64,000 nt of DNA from a virus, in IMG/VR virus record IMGVR_UViG_3300005077_000011, positions 21,002-85,001 of that record; one strand, 5' to 3'. The notes under the pieces were generated by a model. The model saw nothing but the letters and a program-made list of their open reading frames with translations, did not search any database and was not told where the DNA came from. Below, piece by piece: positions 18,834 through 29,013 of the stretch (position 1 is the first letter of the stretch; each line of letters starts with the position of its first letter). The translations under genes and the position numbers were made by a program.

Positions 18834-21436
18834 TGGCAAACTTAGCAAACATTAATGTTTCTATCACAGCAGTTGATAACACAGGGCCCGGCATAAATTC
18901 CGCAACAAGTAATCTTTCACGGTTAGGAGGCGGAATTGGTAGTATCGGGACTATTGCTTCGGGTGTCTTCGGCGGAATATTGGGTGTAAATGTTTGGCGA
19001 ACTATTTCTTCAGGCATAGGCAATGTTGTTTCTTCAGCACTAACACTTAATAGCAGAATGTCTCAATCTCAAATGGCTGCTGCCTCTATGGTTGATGCTA
19101 TTTCTAATGCAGGAACAGAGGGAGAAAGCTCTTTTGGAACTCTTTCAAAAGCTGCTGCTTCATATGAGAAAACATTAAGAGAAATTCAAGAGCGAGAAAA
19201 AGACGGATTAGATGATTATGCTGATAAAGTTGATGATATTAAAAATAGAATTCTATCAGCACAACAAGATTTAGCAAGAAAACTAGATGATATTAGAAAA
19301 AAAGAAAAAGAACGCTTAGATGATTTAAATGAATCTCATTTAGAATCTATTCAAGATCTTAATACTCGAGTAGAAGACGAAAATTATGATTATAATGAGC
19401 GTCTTTATGACATGGCAAATTCACGTCAAGATAAACTTGACAATCTAGAGGAGTCTCATTCAAATAAAATTAAAAGTATCAAAGAAGATTTATTTGATTT
19501 AGAAAATGAATTACTTGATGCTACATCAGAATCAGAAAGAAATAAACTTGAAGCAAAAATTGCTCTATTAAAACAAGCAGCAATAGAGGAAAACTCTTCA
19601 TATGAAGCAGAAAAATTAAAAATTAATGAAAGAGCAGATCATGAAATTCAAGTGGTCAAAGATAAACACAATAGAGAAATAGCTTCTTTGCAAGAAAGAA
19701 TTAGCAGAGAAAATTCAGAATATGATAAGCGAAAAAGTAGAATAACAGCTGATGCAAATAATGATATAGCAGAATCAAAACGAGTTTCAGAAGAAAAAAT
19801 TAAAGGTCTCAACGATCAATTAGCTAAAGAAAAAGAATCTCATGAAAGATTTTTAAGAGATATTCAAGAAGCATATAAAGATGCTTCAGCAAAATTAAAT
19901 GAAAGCATGTCAGGTGGCGGAGGAGCCACTATGAAAAGAATTAATTTTGATTTTGATTTTAATAAAAATCTTAAAAACATGGGCCAAGATGAAATTTCAA
20001 AATTCTTGGATGAAGTTCAGGATAAATATATCAAGATAGGTATTAAATCTCCCTTCAATATAGCAGACATTCAAGAGTTTGGAAAAACAATGATTCGTTA
20101 TACTGACGGTTCTTCTGAAAACATGGAGAAAATTCTAGGAATAGGTCAGGCACTTGCTGCTTTTAATCCTATGCAAGGAATACAAGGCGCAACTTTTGCT
20201 CTTAATGAATTGTTTGGAGCAGGAAATGTGCGTTCACTAATGACTCGTTTTAATCTTCCTCCCGATACATTTAAAGGTTTAGAAAATGCAAAAGACGCTG
20301 CTCAGGCTTTAGATATTTTGACAACAAGCTTAAATAATCTTGGAGTAAATCAAGAACTAGTGTCTGCTTATGCAAATGCTTTAGTTGGAGCACATCAAAA
20401 CGTTCTTGAAACTTTTAATGTATTAGCAGCAGCTTTAGCAAAACCAGTCTATGATAGACTCACAAATGCTTTAGTCCTTTTGAATAAATACATTGCAGAA
20501 CATTATGACGAAATTAAAAATGTTATAGCAGGTTTTGCTACTCTTATAGATGTTTCCTTTGCTTCTTTAATCAATATTGGAAAAACAGTTATACAATTCT
20601 GGCAAGATCATAGTACTGCAATTTCAGCAGTTGTGGGAATTATTACTCTTGCTTTATTGCCTGCATTGGCAAAATTAACAATTGAATGGATAGCAAACAC
20701 GACAAGAGGAATTATATCTTCAACAATTGCATTAGTTCAATGGGTTGCTCAAGGTTGGTTAGCTGTAGGAGCTTTAATTGCTAAAATTGTTCAGTTTGGA
20801 CTAGCAACAGCAGCAGCTATTGCTCATACGGTTGTAACAATAGCAGGAACAGCAGCAACAACAGCTTGGACAGCAGCTGTATGGTTATTTAATGCTGCAA
20901 TGGCAGTTCTTACTTCGCCAATATTTTTAGTTGTTGCAGCTATCGCAGCTGTTATTGCTATTGGATATTTATTAATAAAAAATTGGGATGCTATAAAAGC
21001 TGCAGGAACTTCAATGTGGCAAGCTCTTCAAAATACTGTAGAAAATGTATGGAAAGGAATTACTTCAGCTGTCAAAGGCGGACTTAACAGTATTATAGAT
21101 GGAATCAATGGTTTTATTAATGGGCTCAACGACAAATTAGGCAAGACTAAAATGAAAATTGGAAATGTTGAAATTGGAGGTTGGCAAATACCAACAATTC
21201 CAAAATTAGCAGAAGGAGGAATTGTTTCAAATCCAACTCTTGCTATGCTTGGAGAAGCTGGGCCTGAAGCTGTTGTTCCTCTTTCTAAGTCTAAAGGGTA
21301 TGGATCCTCTGCAACTTCTATATATGTAAATGTCACAGGAAATAATATAATAGATGATGAAACGGCAAACACTCTTGCTGATAAAGTTGGAAACTCAATC
21401 TTAAATAAAATAACTTTGCAAGGTAGATACATGTAA
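18833..21436 (+). CDS. Tape measure protein
   Basis: INVSITAVDNT start, long coiled coil, Ala/Trp-rich repeats, C-terminal IPKLAEGGIVSNPTLAMLGEAGPEAVVPL. Confidence 0.9.
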   Translation: MANLANINVSITAVDNTGPGINSATSNLSRLGGGIGSIGTIASGVFGGILGVNVWRTISSGIGNVVSSALTLNSRMSQSQMAAASMVDAISNAGTEGESSFGTLSKAAASYEKTLREIQEREKDGLDDYADKVDDIKNRILSAQQDLARKLDDIRKKEKERLDDLNESHLESIQDLNTRVEDENYDYNERLYDMANSRQDKLDNLEESHSNKIKSIKEDLFDLENELLDATSESERNKLEAKIALLKQAAIEENSSYEAEKLKINERADHEIQVVKDKHNREIASLQERISRENSEYDKRKSRITADANNDIAESKRVSEEKIKGLNDQLAKEKESHERFLRDIQEAYKDASAKLNESMSGGGGATMKRINFDFDFNKNLKNMGQDEISKFLDEVQDKYIKIGIKSPFNIADIQEFGKTMIRYTDGSSENMEKILGIGQALAAFNPMQGIQGATFALNELFGAGNVRSLMTRFNLPPDTFKGLENAKDAAQALDILTTSLNNLGVNQELVSAYANALVGAHQNVLETFNVLAAALAKPVYDRLTNALVLLNKYIAEHYDEIKNVIAGFATLIDVSFASLINIGKTVIQFWQDHSTAISAVVGIITLALLPALAKLTIEWIANTTRGIISSTIALVQWVAQGWLAVGALIAKIVQFGLATAAAIAHTVVTIAGTAATTAWTAAVWLFNAAMAVLTSPIFLVVAAIAAVIAIGYLLIKNWDAIKAAGTSMWQALQNTVENVWKGITSAVKGGLNSIIDGINGFINGLNDKLGKTKMKIGNVEIGGWQIPTIPKLAEGGIVSNPTLAMLGEAGPEAVVPLSKSKGYGSSATSIYVNVTGNNIIDDETANTLADKVGNSILNKITLQGRYM

Positions 21437-21437
21437 T

Positions 21438-24167
21438 ATGGAAACAATTGTTTATGATGCTATATCATATTCAAGCAGTAATACTCTTACTCTTGAATTT
21501 AATCACACAATCAGTAATGGTACAAATCGTTATATTGCTGTTTGTGTTGTTTTAAATGATACAACACTTTCAAACTTGCCAGTAGTAAGCGTCTCATATA
21601 ATAATGTTGCTTTAGAGCTTGTTCGATATGATCAATCAACATCTGGAGTAAGAACAGAATGGTGGTATGGAGCAAACCCTGCAGCAGGAACACACGAAAT
21701 AAGTATAACAAAAACAGCAGCTATTCAAGCTATAGGAGCAGCAGTTTCTTTTCATGGTCCTGCACAAATTGCTCCAGCTGTAAACTCAGGTAATAATGGC
21801 TCAAGCACATCTCCATCAACTTCAATTACTCCTGCAATAGAAAACTCTATACTTGTAGATGTTTTAGCACATTTAGATGGAGCTGCTACAATAGGAAATA
21901 GTCAAATAGAGCGATTAAATTATAATGCTCCATCTTATATTATTAATGAAGATATGGATTCTGATCCAGGCTGGACTCTTGCAGGAGATGCAAGCCAAGC
22001 TGCTTATATTTCTGGATACATAAGAATGAATCAAGCTTCCTCAGACAAACAAGGTCAAGCATATACAAATGTTGCAACTTTTCCAGTAAACTATACAATT
22101 GAGGCTCAATTGTGGGCTGGCGGAGGAAGCGGAGCAGATTCAGGATTTATTTTTTGGGGATGTTCAAGCGTAGCAGGAATGGAAAACGCAGCCAGAGGAG
22201 GATATTGTGCTTCTCTTAATGAATATTATGACAAAGTTTTTTTATACTGGAATGGAACAAAATTAGACGAGGCTACATTATCTAATATAGATAATAGTAC
22301 AATTAAAAATGTTGAAATAATTGTAACTGGCACAAATGTAAAAATGTATGTTGATGACGCTCTTCTTATTGACTACGATGATACTTCTCGATCATTTCCA
22401 GGAACATACACTGGTGTAGGAGCAAGAAATGGAAGCTTGACAAACGAACATCGATGCTATGATTTTAAAGTATATTCAACATCTCCTATTTGTGTATCAA
22501 CAAAAGCTCTTACAACGACAAGCACAGAAACAACATCTTGGACTTTAGATTCTTCTGCAGCTTGGGTTACATCTGCTATTATTTTATCCCCAGCGTCTTC
22601 TCCTTATTTATATGATAGCATCAAATATTATATTGATGATGTAGATAGAACTGAGTATATTTCTGCTCGTTCATTGACAATAAATGATGAAGTAAATTCT
22701 AAAATTAATACTTGTTCTTTCAGAACTTTTGATGCTTCAAATGTTTGGAAGCCAGATGTTTCTGAATCTATAGAAATTTTTGATGCATATGGAAATAGAA
22801 TTTTTAGTGGAGTTATTGCTAGTGTTGATGAAACTAGAATTGGTATAGATCCGACTACAGGGTCTGAATTGCTCTCATATATGGTACAAGCTCAAGACTA
22901 TACTAAACAATTACAGAAAAAATTAGTTATAGAGACTTATGAAGACATGACATGCAAAGAAATAATTGAAGCAATGATTAATAAATATTATTCTCAAGAA
23001 GGCTTTACCACTGTCAATGTTAGCACAGGACCAGTAGTTTCTCAGATCTCTTTTAATTATAAAGCAGGAGATAAAGTCTTAGATGATCTCGCAAATGCCG
23101 TAGGATATGAATGGTATGTAGATTATGATAAAGATATTCATTTCTTTAATTCTGCAACAGCTTCTTCTATGTTTACTTTTACAGATGCTACAGAAAATTG
23201 GACAAATTTATCAATTAAACCTGACACAAGCCAATTAAGAAATCGTATTTATATTAGAGGAGGAATTTATTATTCTGATCCTTTCACACAAGAAATAAAA
23301 GCAGATGGCACACAAAAAGAATTCTTATTAGCTTATACTCCAGATTATGATGGCTTTACGGCTACTATTGCAAGTGTAGCTCGATCAGTTGGTATAAAAG
23401 ATGTTGATCAAGCAGCGGATTATGATTTTTTGTTAAATAGAGCCGAAAAGAGTTTGGCTATGGGAGAAACTACTTGGGCTCTTGCTAACACTCCTATTGC
23501 TGCAGATACAATTTTGACTTTAGTATATAACTATGAAATACCTGTTTTAATCGTACAAGAAGATACAGATTCAATTGAAGCAATGAAAACACTTGAAGGT
23601 GGAGATGGAGTATATGAATACATAATTATTGACAAAAATATTACTTCTATTTCAGCGGCTCGTGATAGAGCACTAGCAGAATTAAACACATATGCTAATG
23701 CTATTACTCGAGGAAGTGTTGATTCTTATGATACAGTCAATATACAAAGTGGAAATCTCATTACAATTAATTCAACACAACGAGGATTAAATGCAGATTA
23801 TCTTGTCACAAAAGTAAAAATAAATCAAATCTCTCCAACTCAATTAAAATATACAATAGAGTTCACAGGAACTCTTTATAATTTTGTTGATTTTTTGTTA
23901 GCTCTCTATAAAAGAAGTACAGATATTCTGCTTGGAAAAGACGAGGTATTAGATGCATTTAATACATTTTCAGATCATACTGATGCTGTGACACATATAG
24001 ATCCAGTTTTGACTGATAGTGCTCCTCCATTTGCATGGAGCAATGATGAAGGAACTACTCCAAATAAAATAAGATGGAATCTTTTTGAGTGGTATTCAGC
24101 TAATATATCGAGAAACTTTGTTGAAGAGATTGGAGTGTTTGAGAGTATAACAATTACTAAAACATAG
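21438..24167 (+). CDS. Tail-tip hub / distal tail fusion protein with N-terminal lectin-like domains
   Basis: Directly after tape measure; GYEWYVDYDKDIHFF and SQLRNRIYIRGG hub-like motifs. Confidence 0.6.
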   Translation: METIVYDAISYSSSNTLTLEFNHTISNGTNRYIAVCVVLNDTTLSNLPVVSVSYNNVALELVRYDQSTSGVRTEWWYGANPAAGTHEISITKTAAIQAIGAAVSFHGPAQIAPAVNSGNNGSSTSPSTSITPAIENSILVDVLAHLDGAATIGNSQIERLNYNAPSYIINEDMDSDPGWTLAGDASQAAYISGYIRMNQASSDKQGQAYTNVATFPVNYTIEAQLWAGGGSGADSGFIFWGCSSVAGMENAARGGYCASLNEYYDKVFLYWNGTKLDEATLSNIDNSTIKNVEIIVTGTNVKMYVDDALLIDYDDTSRSFPGTYTGVGARNGSLTNEHRCYDFKVYSTSPICVSTKALTTTSTETTSWTLDSSAAWVTSAIILSPASSPYLYDSIKYYIDDVDRTEYISARSLTINDEVNSKINTCSFRTFDASNVWKPDVSESIEIFDAYGNRIFSGVIASVDETRIGIDPTTGSELLSYMVQAQDYTKQLQKKLVIETYEDMTCKEIIEAMINKYYSQEGFTTVNVSTGPVVSQISFNYKAGDKVLDDLANAVGYEWYVDYDKDIHFFNSATASSMFTFTDATENWTNLSIKPDTSQLRNRIYIRGGIYYSDPFTQEIKADGTQKEFLLAYTPDYDGFTATIASVARSVGIKDVDQAADYDFLLNRAEKSLAMGETTWALANTPIAADTILTLVYNYEIPVLIVQEDTDSIEAMKTLEGGDGVYEYIIIDKNITSISAARDRALAELNTYANAITRGSVDSYDTVNIQSGNLITINSTQRGLNADYLVTKVKINQISPTQLKYTIEFTGTLYNFVDFLLALYKRSTDILLGKDEVLDAFNTFSDHTDAVTHIDPVLTDSAPPFAWSNDEGTTPNKIRWNLFEWYSANISRNFVEEIGVFESITITKT

Positions 24168-24171
24168 TATA

Positions 24172-24651
24172 ATGATAAATATGAACGAGCATATTTTAGA
24201 TAAGACAAAAGGCATAATTGGAGCAGTAAAAATTACTCTTCGAAATGTTGAGACAGGTGAAGAAGACATTATACATATTTTAAATGTTTTCTGTCATCTT
24301 GGAAAAAGTTCTATAGCAAGAAGGCTTGCCAACGCAGAAGCAGGTTATGGAAAAATAACTTATTGTGCAGTAGGTACTGGAGCAGGAACTCCAAATACTG
24401 CTGACATACAAATGTCAGCAGAACTATTTAGAAAACCTATTTCTGTTACTGCATATAATTCAAATGTAGTCACATTTACAACATATTATTCAACTTCAGA
24501 AGCAAACGGAACTCTTACAGAACTTGGCCTTTTTGGAGATGATGCTTCTTCGACTGCAAATTCTGGAACAATTTATGCACACACAACAATTAGTAAAGTT
24601 AAATCAACAAGTGATACTCTCACAATAGAGTGGTCATTAATAATACAATAA
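24172..24651 (+). CDS. Tail-tip structural protein (fibre-attachment-like)
   Basis: CAVGTG, ELFRK, ANGTLTELGLF; ATG 24181 is an alternative start. Confidence 0.6.
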   Translation: MINMNEHILDKTKGIIGAVKITLRNVETGEEDIIHILNVFCHLGKSSIARRLANAEAGYGKITYCAVGTGAGTPNTADIQMSAELFRKPISVTAYNSNVVTFTTYYSTSEANGTLTELGLFGDDASSTANSGTIYAHTTISKVKSTSDTLTIEWSLIIQ

Positions 24652-24667
24652 TGAGGAGGTGAATTCT

Positions 24668-25075
24668 ATGGGGTTATTAAGAACAACTACACAACTTGCA
24701 GCAGGAGATGATGGAACAGCAACCTGGGGAAATAAAGTCTACAATGATATTGGAAGTATTGTCAACTATCGATTAGTAACTACAGACACTTATGGTTCTA
24801 CTACTACTTTTGATATGAATACTTCAGGAATTCATCTTGTTACATTGACAGGAAATCCTACTCTAGATGTAACAAATGTGACTGATGGTCAGACTTTTGT
24901 TATAATTTTAAAACAAGATGGAACAGGAAGTCATACGGTTACTTGGTGGACAGGTATTTTATGGCCTTCAGGAACTGCTCCTACTCTCACAACAACAGGA
25001 AACAAATATGACATATTCGCATTTATAAAAATCGGTTCAAGTTATTTAGCTAGCTTTATAGCATTTAATGTTTAA
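24668..25075 (+). CDS. Tail fibre-associated protein
   Basis: SD GGAGGTGA; LTGNPTL..QDGTGSHTVTW motif typical of fibre domains. Confidence 0.55.
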   Translation: MGLLRTTTQLAAGDDGTATWGNKVYNDIGSIVNYRLVTTDTYGSTTTFDMNTSGIHLVTLTGNPTLDVTNVTDGQTFVIILKQDGTGSHTVTWWTGILWPSGTAPTLTTTGNKYDIFAFIKIGSSYLASFIAFNV

Positions 25076-25267
25076 ATGAGATATATGAAAAAAAGAGAGA
25101 CAATTTTTGTAATTCAAGGTTATGATATTTTTGATCAAACTACAGGAGCAATGAAAGATGTTACAACATATGAGCTTTATGCAAATAGTGCTTCAGAAGC
25201 AATCAAGAGAGCAGAATCTTTATGCAAGAAAAAAGGATATAGAATTCAAGGTGTAATAGAAAAGTAA
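25076..25267 (+). CDS. Hypothetical protein
   Basis: Tightly packed in the operon. Confidence 0.5.
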   Translation: MRYMKKRETIFVIQGYDIFDQTTGAMKDVTTYELYANSASEAIKRAESLCKKKGYRIQGVIEK

Positions 25268-25268
25268 T

Positions 25269-26552
25269 ATGCTTATTCCAGCTAATGTCATTTTAATATG
25301 GACAGGAACAAATGCTAGCATACCTAGCGGTTGGTCACGAGAAACAACATTAGATGATAAATACCCAAAAGGAACAGCAAATGCTACTAACCCTAATGAT
25401 ACTGGCGGATCAAACACTCATTCACATACTTCGCCTTCTCATTCTCACACATTAAACTCTCATGATCATTATATAGAGACAGGAAGTGAAACATCAACAA
25501 ACTCACAAGATTGTAGTGATTCTCAGACTGGAAGCGTAAAGCAAAGTCATTGGCACAAAGGAGCAGTTATATCAACGACTGGAGGAAATCTTGATGATGC
25601 AATAACGTATGCATCTGTAAATGGAGAACCTCCTTATTATACAGTTATATATATAAAACCAACAGCAGGATATGCTCCTTTATCTGCAAACATTGTTGCT
25701 TTATGGAACTCTTCTACTCTTCCTTCAGGTTGGAATTTTTGTGACGGAAATAGTTCAACTCCTAATTTAACAAGTAGATATTTGAAAGGAGCAACTACAA
25801 GTGCTGATGCAGGAACTACTGGTGGATCACTTAATCATGCTCATACTGTAGATCATTCACATACTTCTTCTTCTCATTATCATACTATAAGAACAAGTTG
25901 GGTAAATGAAGTTGCTATTGGGGGTGGATCAGGAAGTACAGTTCCTCCGGGAAATCATACTCATGATAAATCTCTTGATGCTACAAGTATAAATGGAGGT
26001 TCATATACAGGAACTGCAGGAAGTGCTGATTCTGTAGAGCCTTCTTACAAAAAATTAAATCCAATTAAAAATAACACTGGACATGCTGATATGCCCGTAG
26101 GGCTTATTGGAATGTGGCTTGGAACTTTGTCAAGCATTCCTGTTGGTTGGTCTCTTTGTGATGGAACTAACGGTACTCCAGACATGAGAGATTACCACAT
26201 AAAATGTTCTGCAAATATATATGAAAATGGAAGTTCAGGCGGATCAAACACACATTCACACGCAGCTTCTAATTCACATACACACACTGCAACAGGAACT
26301 CATACTCATACTGCTACAGGAAATACTGGAGGTCCAAATGAAGCTAATAGTCATATAACAGATGCTGGAGGATATTGGGCAACATATTCTGGACATACTC
26401 ATCCTGTGACTAGAATTGATTCTGCTACAGCTGTTTGGGCAAATCAAACATTAACAGCAAATTCATCAAACGGAGAGCCGGCATATCATACAGTTGCATT
26501 TATCCAATATAAATTTAGTGCTGGAGGAGCAGCTCTCTTTGACTTCACGTAA
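25269..26552 (+). CDS. Tail fibre protein with three collar-like repeats and HxH motifs
   Basis: Three IxxW..IPxGWxxCDG..TP units, each followed by HxHT runs. Confidence 0.7.
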   Translation: MLIPANVILIWTGTNASIPSGWSRETTLDDKYPKGTANATNPNDTGGSNTHSHTSPSHSHTLNSHDHYIETGSETSTNSQDCSDSQTGSVKQSHWHKGAVISTTGGNLDDAITYASVNGEPPYYTVIYIKPTAGYAPLSANIVALWNSSTLPSGWNFCDGNSSTPNLTSRYLKGATTSADAGTTGGSLNHAHTVDHSHTSSSHYHTIRTSWVNEVAIGGGSGSTVPPGNHTHDKSLDATSINGGSYTGTAGSADSVEPSYKKLNPIKNNTGHADMPVGLIGMWLGTLSSIPVGWSLCDGTNGTPDMRDYHIKCSANIYENGSSGGSNTHSHAASNSHTHTATGTHTHTATGNTGGPNEANSHITDAGGYWATYSGHTHPVTRIDSATAVWANQTLTANSSNGEPAYHTVAFIQYKFSAGGAALFDFT

Positions 26553-26570
26553 AGATTATATAATATACTT

Positions 26571-27686
26571 ATGAAACTTAATGTTCCTATTTTTGGTCAA
26601 CGAGATTCTAGATGGGCTAATAAACCGCTAGGATCTTCAAGTAGTACTCTTGGTGGTTATGGTTGTCTTGTGTCCTGTTTAGCTATGCTTTGTAAATATT
26701 ATGGAAAAGACACAGATCCAGATAAATTAAATACTGCTTTAGTAAATATTAATGGTTTTGCAGCTGCTTCAACAACTCCAACTCAAAAGAATTTGTACAA
26801 ATGGTATGAAGGTATAACTAAATTATATTCTGATATTGCTATTACAAAGCTTCAAGCAACACCAGCTGCTCTTACTACAACAGATTTTAATGCACTTAAA
26901 GCAGAAATTGATGCAGGAAGACCTGTAATTTTACAAGTTGATTTTATTCCAGCCACTGCTTTTGTAGACATGCACTTTGTTCTTCTTACTGGATATGAAG
27001 GCAACACGTATTATGTTAATGATCCATGGTATGGAGATAATGCTAATTTGAATAGATATGGAGATCCTGCTATTACAATTCAACAGTACGTATTTCATTC
27101 AGGACCAGTTCCTTCAATAGGGAGCGCAGATACAATTCCAGTTCTTAAAACAGATTTTGAAAAGATGAGAACAAAATGCGATATATTAGATGCTCAAAAT
27201 CCAACATATGCTCAATTAAAACAAATTGTAACAGAAGTAAATAATCAACTAGATGGTCTTAAAGCAGAAAATAAATCAAGAATTGAATTCATGCAAAAAA
27301 TAGCAGCAATGCTTGGAGTCTCAGCAAGTCCTGATGCAATCATAGGAGATTTAACGACAACATTGTCTCAAGAACAAGATACTACTAATTGTATGAAAGA
27401 TAAAGAAAATCTTCAAGTAGCTTTGAATACAGCAAATACAACTATTCAAACAAAAGAAGAAGAAAGAAAAGCTGCTGCTAATCAAGTGCTTACATTAACA
27501 GCCACAAATATTTCTTTGACTACTCAGTTTAATGAAATGACAACTGATCGAGACAAATATAAAGAACTCTACAGTATTGCACTACAATCTAAAGGAAAAC
27601 TTTCTCAATTTACAAAGAAAGAAATATCTAATTACTTATTTAAGAATTGGTTCAATTCTAAAGCATTTGCGAAGGAGGCAAAATAA
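26571..27686 (+). CDS. Putative endolysin: C39-like cysteine peptidase plus coiled coil
   Basis: Q..GCLVSCLAM, HFVLLTGY, VNDPW (Cys/His/Asp triad); heptad-rich C-terminus; next to a holin-like gene. Confidence 0.6.
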   Translation: MKLNVPIFGQRDSRWANKPLGSSSSTLGGYGCLVSCLAMLCKYYGKDTDPDKLNTALVNINGFAAASTTPTQKNLYKWYEGITKLYSDIAITKLQATPAALTTTDFNALKAEIDAGRPVILQVDFIPATAFVDMHFVLLTGYEGNTYYVNDPWYGDNANLNRYGDPAITIQQYVFHSGPVPSIGSADTIPVLKTDFEKMRTKCDILDAQNPTYAQLKQIVTEVNNQLDGLKAENKSRIEFMQKIAAMLGVSASPDAIIGDLTTTLSQEQDTTNCMKDKENLQVALNTANTTIQTKEEERKAAANQVLTLTATNISLTTQFNEMTTDRDKYKELYSIALQSKGKLSQFTKKEISNYLFKNWFNSKAFAKEAK

Positions 27687-27687
27687 T

Positions 27688-27966
27688 ATGAGTAAAGAAT
27701 TAACAGAAGCAGTAAAAGAATTTGTTCGAACTTTTTCAATTGGAGAAGTTCTTACTATTATTGGTGTGCTTGGCATTATCGCTGCAGGCATTAATAAAGA
27801 GTTGGGTACATTTGTTATTCAATGGAATGTAGCAGGAGCACTTCTTGTAGCAGATTCTATTGTTAACATTAAGACAGCTCTCGGCAGAGCTCTTGATAAA
27901 TGGCTTCATGAAAAAGATGTAAGATCACCTTTTGATTTAAGAGGTCTAGATTCACTTATAAAATAA
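27688..27966 (+). CDS. Putative holin
   Basis: SD AAGGAGG at ATG 27688; two hydrophobic segments and a charged C-terminus. Confidence 0.55.
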   Translation: MSKELTEAVKEFVRTFSIGEVLTIIGVLGIIAAGINKELGTFVIQWNVAGALLVADSIVNIKTALGRALDKWLHEKDVRSPFDLRGLDSLIK

Positions 27967-28032
27967 ATCTTCAAAATTAGACTGATATAGTCTGACATAG
28001 TTTGTTCTACAAACTGATCCATTTTTGGCCTA

Positions 28033-28061
28033 TTTACTTTTGTCGTGTTTGGATATATGAT
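28033..28061 (+). promoter_or_regulatory. Sigma70-type promoter TTTACT-N17-TATGAT
   Basis: First member of the promoter family; opens the early/middle region. Confidence 0.7.
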
Positions 28062-28082
28062 AGTCAGTAGGAGGAAACAAAT

Positions 28083-28253
28083 ATGAAACAACTATCTAAA
28101 GAGTTGTTTGAAAAAATTCTTAGCGATGCTAAAACTCAAAAAGAGTTAGCAGCTTTGTATAAACCATTTCAAGATATTGGCTACTGTTTCAGCCACACTC
28201 AATTTCTTGACTTTATAAAACGAGCACATCAATTACCGAAAGGAGGTGAATAA
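28083..28253 (+). CDS. Small hypothetical protein (56 aa, not in ORF track)
   Basis: SD AGGAGG; MKQLSKELFEKIL...PKGGE*. Confidence 0.65.
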   Translation: MKQLSKELFEKILSDAKTQKELAALYKPFQDIGYCFSHTQFLDFIKRAHQLPKGGE

Positions 28254-28254
28254 T

Positions 28255-28533
28255 ATGAATTTAAAGAATAATAAAGTTGTCCAGAAAGTAATTACTATAA
28301 GTTCAATTACTATTGTAATTGGAATACTTGGATGGATTTCTTTTGTTACAGTGAGAAATGAAGTAAAAAAGTATACTGAATCTTGGCAAGAAATTCAATT
28401 CGCTAAAAATCATCCTATGCTTGTCGGAGCGATCCGTGAAAAGTATGAGCTTGGTTTGAAAGCTTTAGATCAAATGGCACGAGAAGAAGTAGAAGTGTTA
28501 TCACCGCTTCCACAAACTGACCGGTCAAAATAA
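28255..28533 (+). CDS. Single-pass membrane protein; N-terminal part of a predicted frameshift fusion
   Basis: SD GGAGGTGA; hydrophobic ITIVIGILGWISFV; ends TCA AAA TAA. Confidence 0.75.
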   Translation: MNLKNNKVVQKVITISSITIVIGILGWISFVTVRNEVKKYTESWQEIQFAKNHPMLVGAIREKYELGLKALDQMAREEVEVLSPLPQTDRSK

Positions 28534-28579
28534 AACCGCTAACAAATGCTCCCAGTGTTAGCGCCAAAGTAGGGGGCGT
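28524..28579 (+). other. Predicted -1 frameshift signal: A_AAA plus H-type pseudoknot
   Basis: Stem 1 28537-44 with 28556-63 (8 bp); stem 2 28546-53 with 28572-79 (8 bp, 2 GU); 6-nt spacer after the AAA codon. Confidence 0.7.
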
Positions 28580-28592
28580 AAATCTAAAGTCA

Positions 28593-29003
28593 ATGACTTT
28601 AGTGCTCATTGAAAAAGAATTGAAAGGTAGTCCAATGGAAGGAGAAGCAGAATCTTTTCTTGAAGCTGGAAAAAAATATGAAGTTGATCCTTTATTTCTT
28701 GTTGCTATAGGCTATCACGAAAGCAAATATGGAAAAGCCTATTCATCAGAAGTAAACGCTCTACGACATAATTATGCAGGCGTCATGACTTTCAATGATG
28801 GAATTCGTAGATTGCGCAAATATACTTGTTGGAAAGATGCTATATTTGACCAGGCTAGAGTCATCAGAGAAATGTATCTGGACAAAGGAAAAGATACTAT
28901 AGAAAAGATATGGTATACATATGCTCCGCCTTTGGAAGTTACTAATGATAGTTGGGGTCCTTCAGTAGCAAGGAAGTATCAAGAGCTACTAAATCATTTT
29001 TAA
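28593..29003 (+). CDS. Glucosaminidase/lysozyme-like cell-wall hydrolase domain (frame open from 28521)
   Basis: AGKKYEVDPLFLVAIGYHESKYG, HNYAG, TIEKIW..YAP; no SD at its own ATG. Confidence 0.7.
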   Translation: MTLVLIEKELKGSPMEGEAESFLEAGKKYEVDPLFLVAIGYHESKYGKAYSSEVNALRHNYAGVMTFNDGIRRLRKYTCWKDAIFDQARVIREMYLDKGKDTIEKIWYTYAPPLEVTNDSWGPSVARKYQELLNHF

Positions 29004-29013
29004 AGGAGAAACT

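Noticed and set aside
26539-26564. TTGACT as the -35 for the endolysin promoter
   Set aside because: The spacer to TATAAT is only 14 nt
28531-28542. Stop-codon readthrough as the route into the glucosaminidase
   Set aside because: The zero frame meets another TAA two codons later; only the -1 frame is open
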